Source: the human T2T-CHM13v2.0 reference genome, Homo sapiens
NCBI RefSeq assembly: GCF_009914755.1
Contig: NC_060925.1
DNA: 64,000 nt
Direction: 5' to 3' (one strand)
The position numbers and the translations under genes are program-made. The notes beneath the pieces were generated by a model. That model saw only the letters and a list, made by a program, of their open reading frames with translations. It ran no database searches and had not been told where the DNA came from. Shown here in pieces: positions 62,092 to 64,000 of this stretch; positions within the stretch are counted from its first letter, which is position 1; every line of letters starts with the position of its first letter.

Positions 62092-64000
62092 AAGCAAACA
62101 TTTATTGAGCAACCACTGTCTGAGAGCACTCAGCAGGGTGCACACACTGTATAGCTCCTTGCTAGTAGGAGCCAGGCCTCTTCTCCCAGAGCTGGGGTCC
62201 ATGCTGGTGCTGACTCAGGCACCTTGAGTGGCCGAGCGTCAGAAGGGCCATAATATCCCCACAGGCTCACTTGACGTAGCTTTCCTCGTGGTTTCCTCAC
62301 CCACCAGCCTCCTCCACCAGTCACCCTGCCTGGTTTTATGGCAGAGCATAAAACATGAAGATTAACAAACTGGGCCATTTAAGAAACTTAAAACACTGAA
62401 AAACAAACTGCAGATGGGCAGATAGGATGAGGCAGTTGGTTGGGTTTTACTTTTGGAAAAGGCCAGTTCTCAACCCCCTCAGAAAGATCACTTCTGTTAC
62501 TATGGAATCAAATGCTACATTTTCTCCTCGGTATCATGATGAATACATGACAGCCCAGAACATGGGAGGCCCTGAGCCTCGAGGAGGGGAGGGGGCCCCA
62601 GAGGGACCTAGGCCTGTTCGGCTAAGGCTGTGTGGCACCCTGGCCTGAAGCTGGAGGGAGCAAAGCACAGCACTGTCCTCCAGGAGATGCCAGGCTCGGG
62701 AGATACAGCAGTAAACTCACAGTGTAAGCACAAAGTGCTAAAGTGGGCCTGGGGTGGGAGGGTGAGGGCAGGAGCCTGTGGAGTCAGCATGGGGTGATGG
62801 CATGTGCACACGCTTTGGAAGTCAGGCGGACTTGGATCGTGTTCCCCAAACCTCAGTTTCAGCACAGAATACAACTGCTTTCACAGAACTGTTATGAGGA
62901 TTAAGTTGGATAATGTAAGTAAGCCCTTAAGGAGAGTGCTTGACTTTAATAGTTGCTCAGTAAATGTATTATGTATTACTCTTTGTGGGGGCTTGAGATG
63001 ATTCTAGAAGGATGAGCTAGAATTAGGTACACAAGGTGAAGGATTTGGGCGAGGGTGTTCCAAACAGGGAACAGCCCACGCCAAGACACAAAGGCAGAAA
63101 TGCCAGCCAGGGAAGAACAATGTCTTTGTGGGGCAGTCCTGGTGAGAGGAGCTGACACTGATGGAGAGCTCTAATGTGCCAGGCGCTGTGTTAAATGTTG
63201 GACCTGTGCCATCCTTAATGAAACCCCAGCAGGTGGGTACATTATTATCCTCATTTTTCAAATAATGAAACCGAGTGTAGAAAGAGTAAGTGACTACCCA
63301 AGAGGACAAAGCTGTGGAGCCGTGAGCCAAACCCGGGCAACCTGAGTCCCTGCCCACACCATGTATGAAGCCATTCTTCTAGGGAAAATGCCTTGGGTTT
63401 TAGGACAAAGGACAGTTTCTCTCAGTATATGTTGATGACCTCCACTAGTGTCTTTGTGTCCATTGGCAACTTCTCTAAAGAATTCAGGGGCAGCACTAGG
63501 AAGTAGAATATCTGGCTAAGGGAAGGCAAGAGGCCAAGAAACCGAGATTCCCAGAGGATTTAAAGAGGGAATGCCTCTCTAGATGCATTCGGCTGTGTGG
63601 TCTTTTAACTTGTCAGGATGGACCAATGACTTAGGGTGAAACCCAGACTTTGATTGATTAAGATAAAAAAGAGGGCTAGCAACACATGAGCCCAACTGTT
63701 TGGCTTATTGGAAAATCCTGCCTCCCTGGAGGATGCTGAGGTTACCAGTTACCCTGTTGGCCACTTGTGACCTCTGGGTCCAGCACTAGTTAGGAGGAGT
63801 AGGAATGCACAGATGTCCCAGTGGCCTTCATCCAGGAAAACCCTAGAGGCTAGAGCTGTTCTGTTCTCAGGGGACCTGGTCCACTGGCTCTCAGCACACT
63901 GCTAACCGGCAGGCCCCTCCCACCACCATGCAGCATCTGCACTTTCTTCTGGCGTTAATCAAGAATGACTTGTCTGACCCATCAGTGACATCCCATCATC

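Overview
Primate, almost certainly human, genomic DNA at the convergent 3' ends of two genes. From recall this is the HHAT/KCNH1 junction on 1q32.2. The + strand carries about 46 kb of the last HHAT intron, then the terminal HHAT exon (acceptor AG 46117-46118, C-terminus ...[30 protein letters not shown], stop 46208-46210, AATAAA 48101). The HHAT exon is missed by the ORF track. The - strand carries the terminal exon of KCNH1 (EAG1/Kv10.1): 285 codons at 55968-55111, a ~5 kb 3'UTR and AATAAA at 50165-50160. The rest is mostly interspersed repeats: Alus including an AluYd-type copy, a 3.5 kb L1PA with a twin-primed 5' inversion, old L1M/L2, MaLR and ERV1 solo LTRs, MADE1, MER5 and Tigger-like elements. 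The most unusual object is a ~3.67 kb minisatellite (22403-26070) built from a constant GAATAGTGTGA core and short variable spacers. Its variants fit CpG decay of one ancestral unit and are arranged with polarity. Its antisense strand is almost stop-free in all three frames and starts at a strong Kozak ATG (ACCATGG), giving a 1275-codon His/Cys-rich ORF. Whether that ORF is expressed cannot be told from sequence, and base composition alone can explain the lack of stops. No prokaryotic-type system, such as a true CRISPR array, is present.
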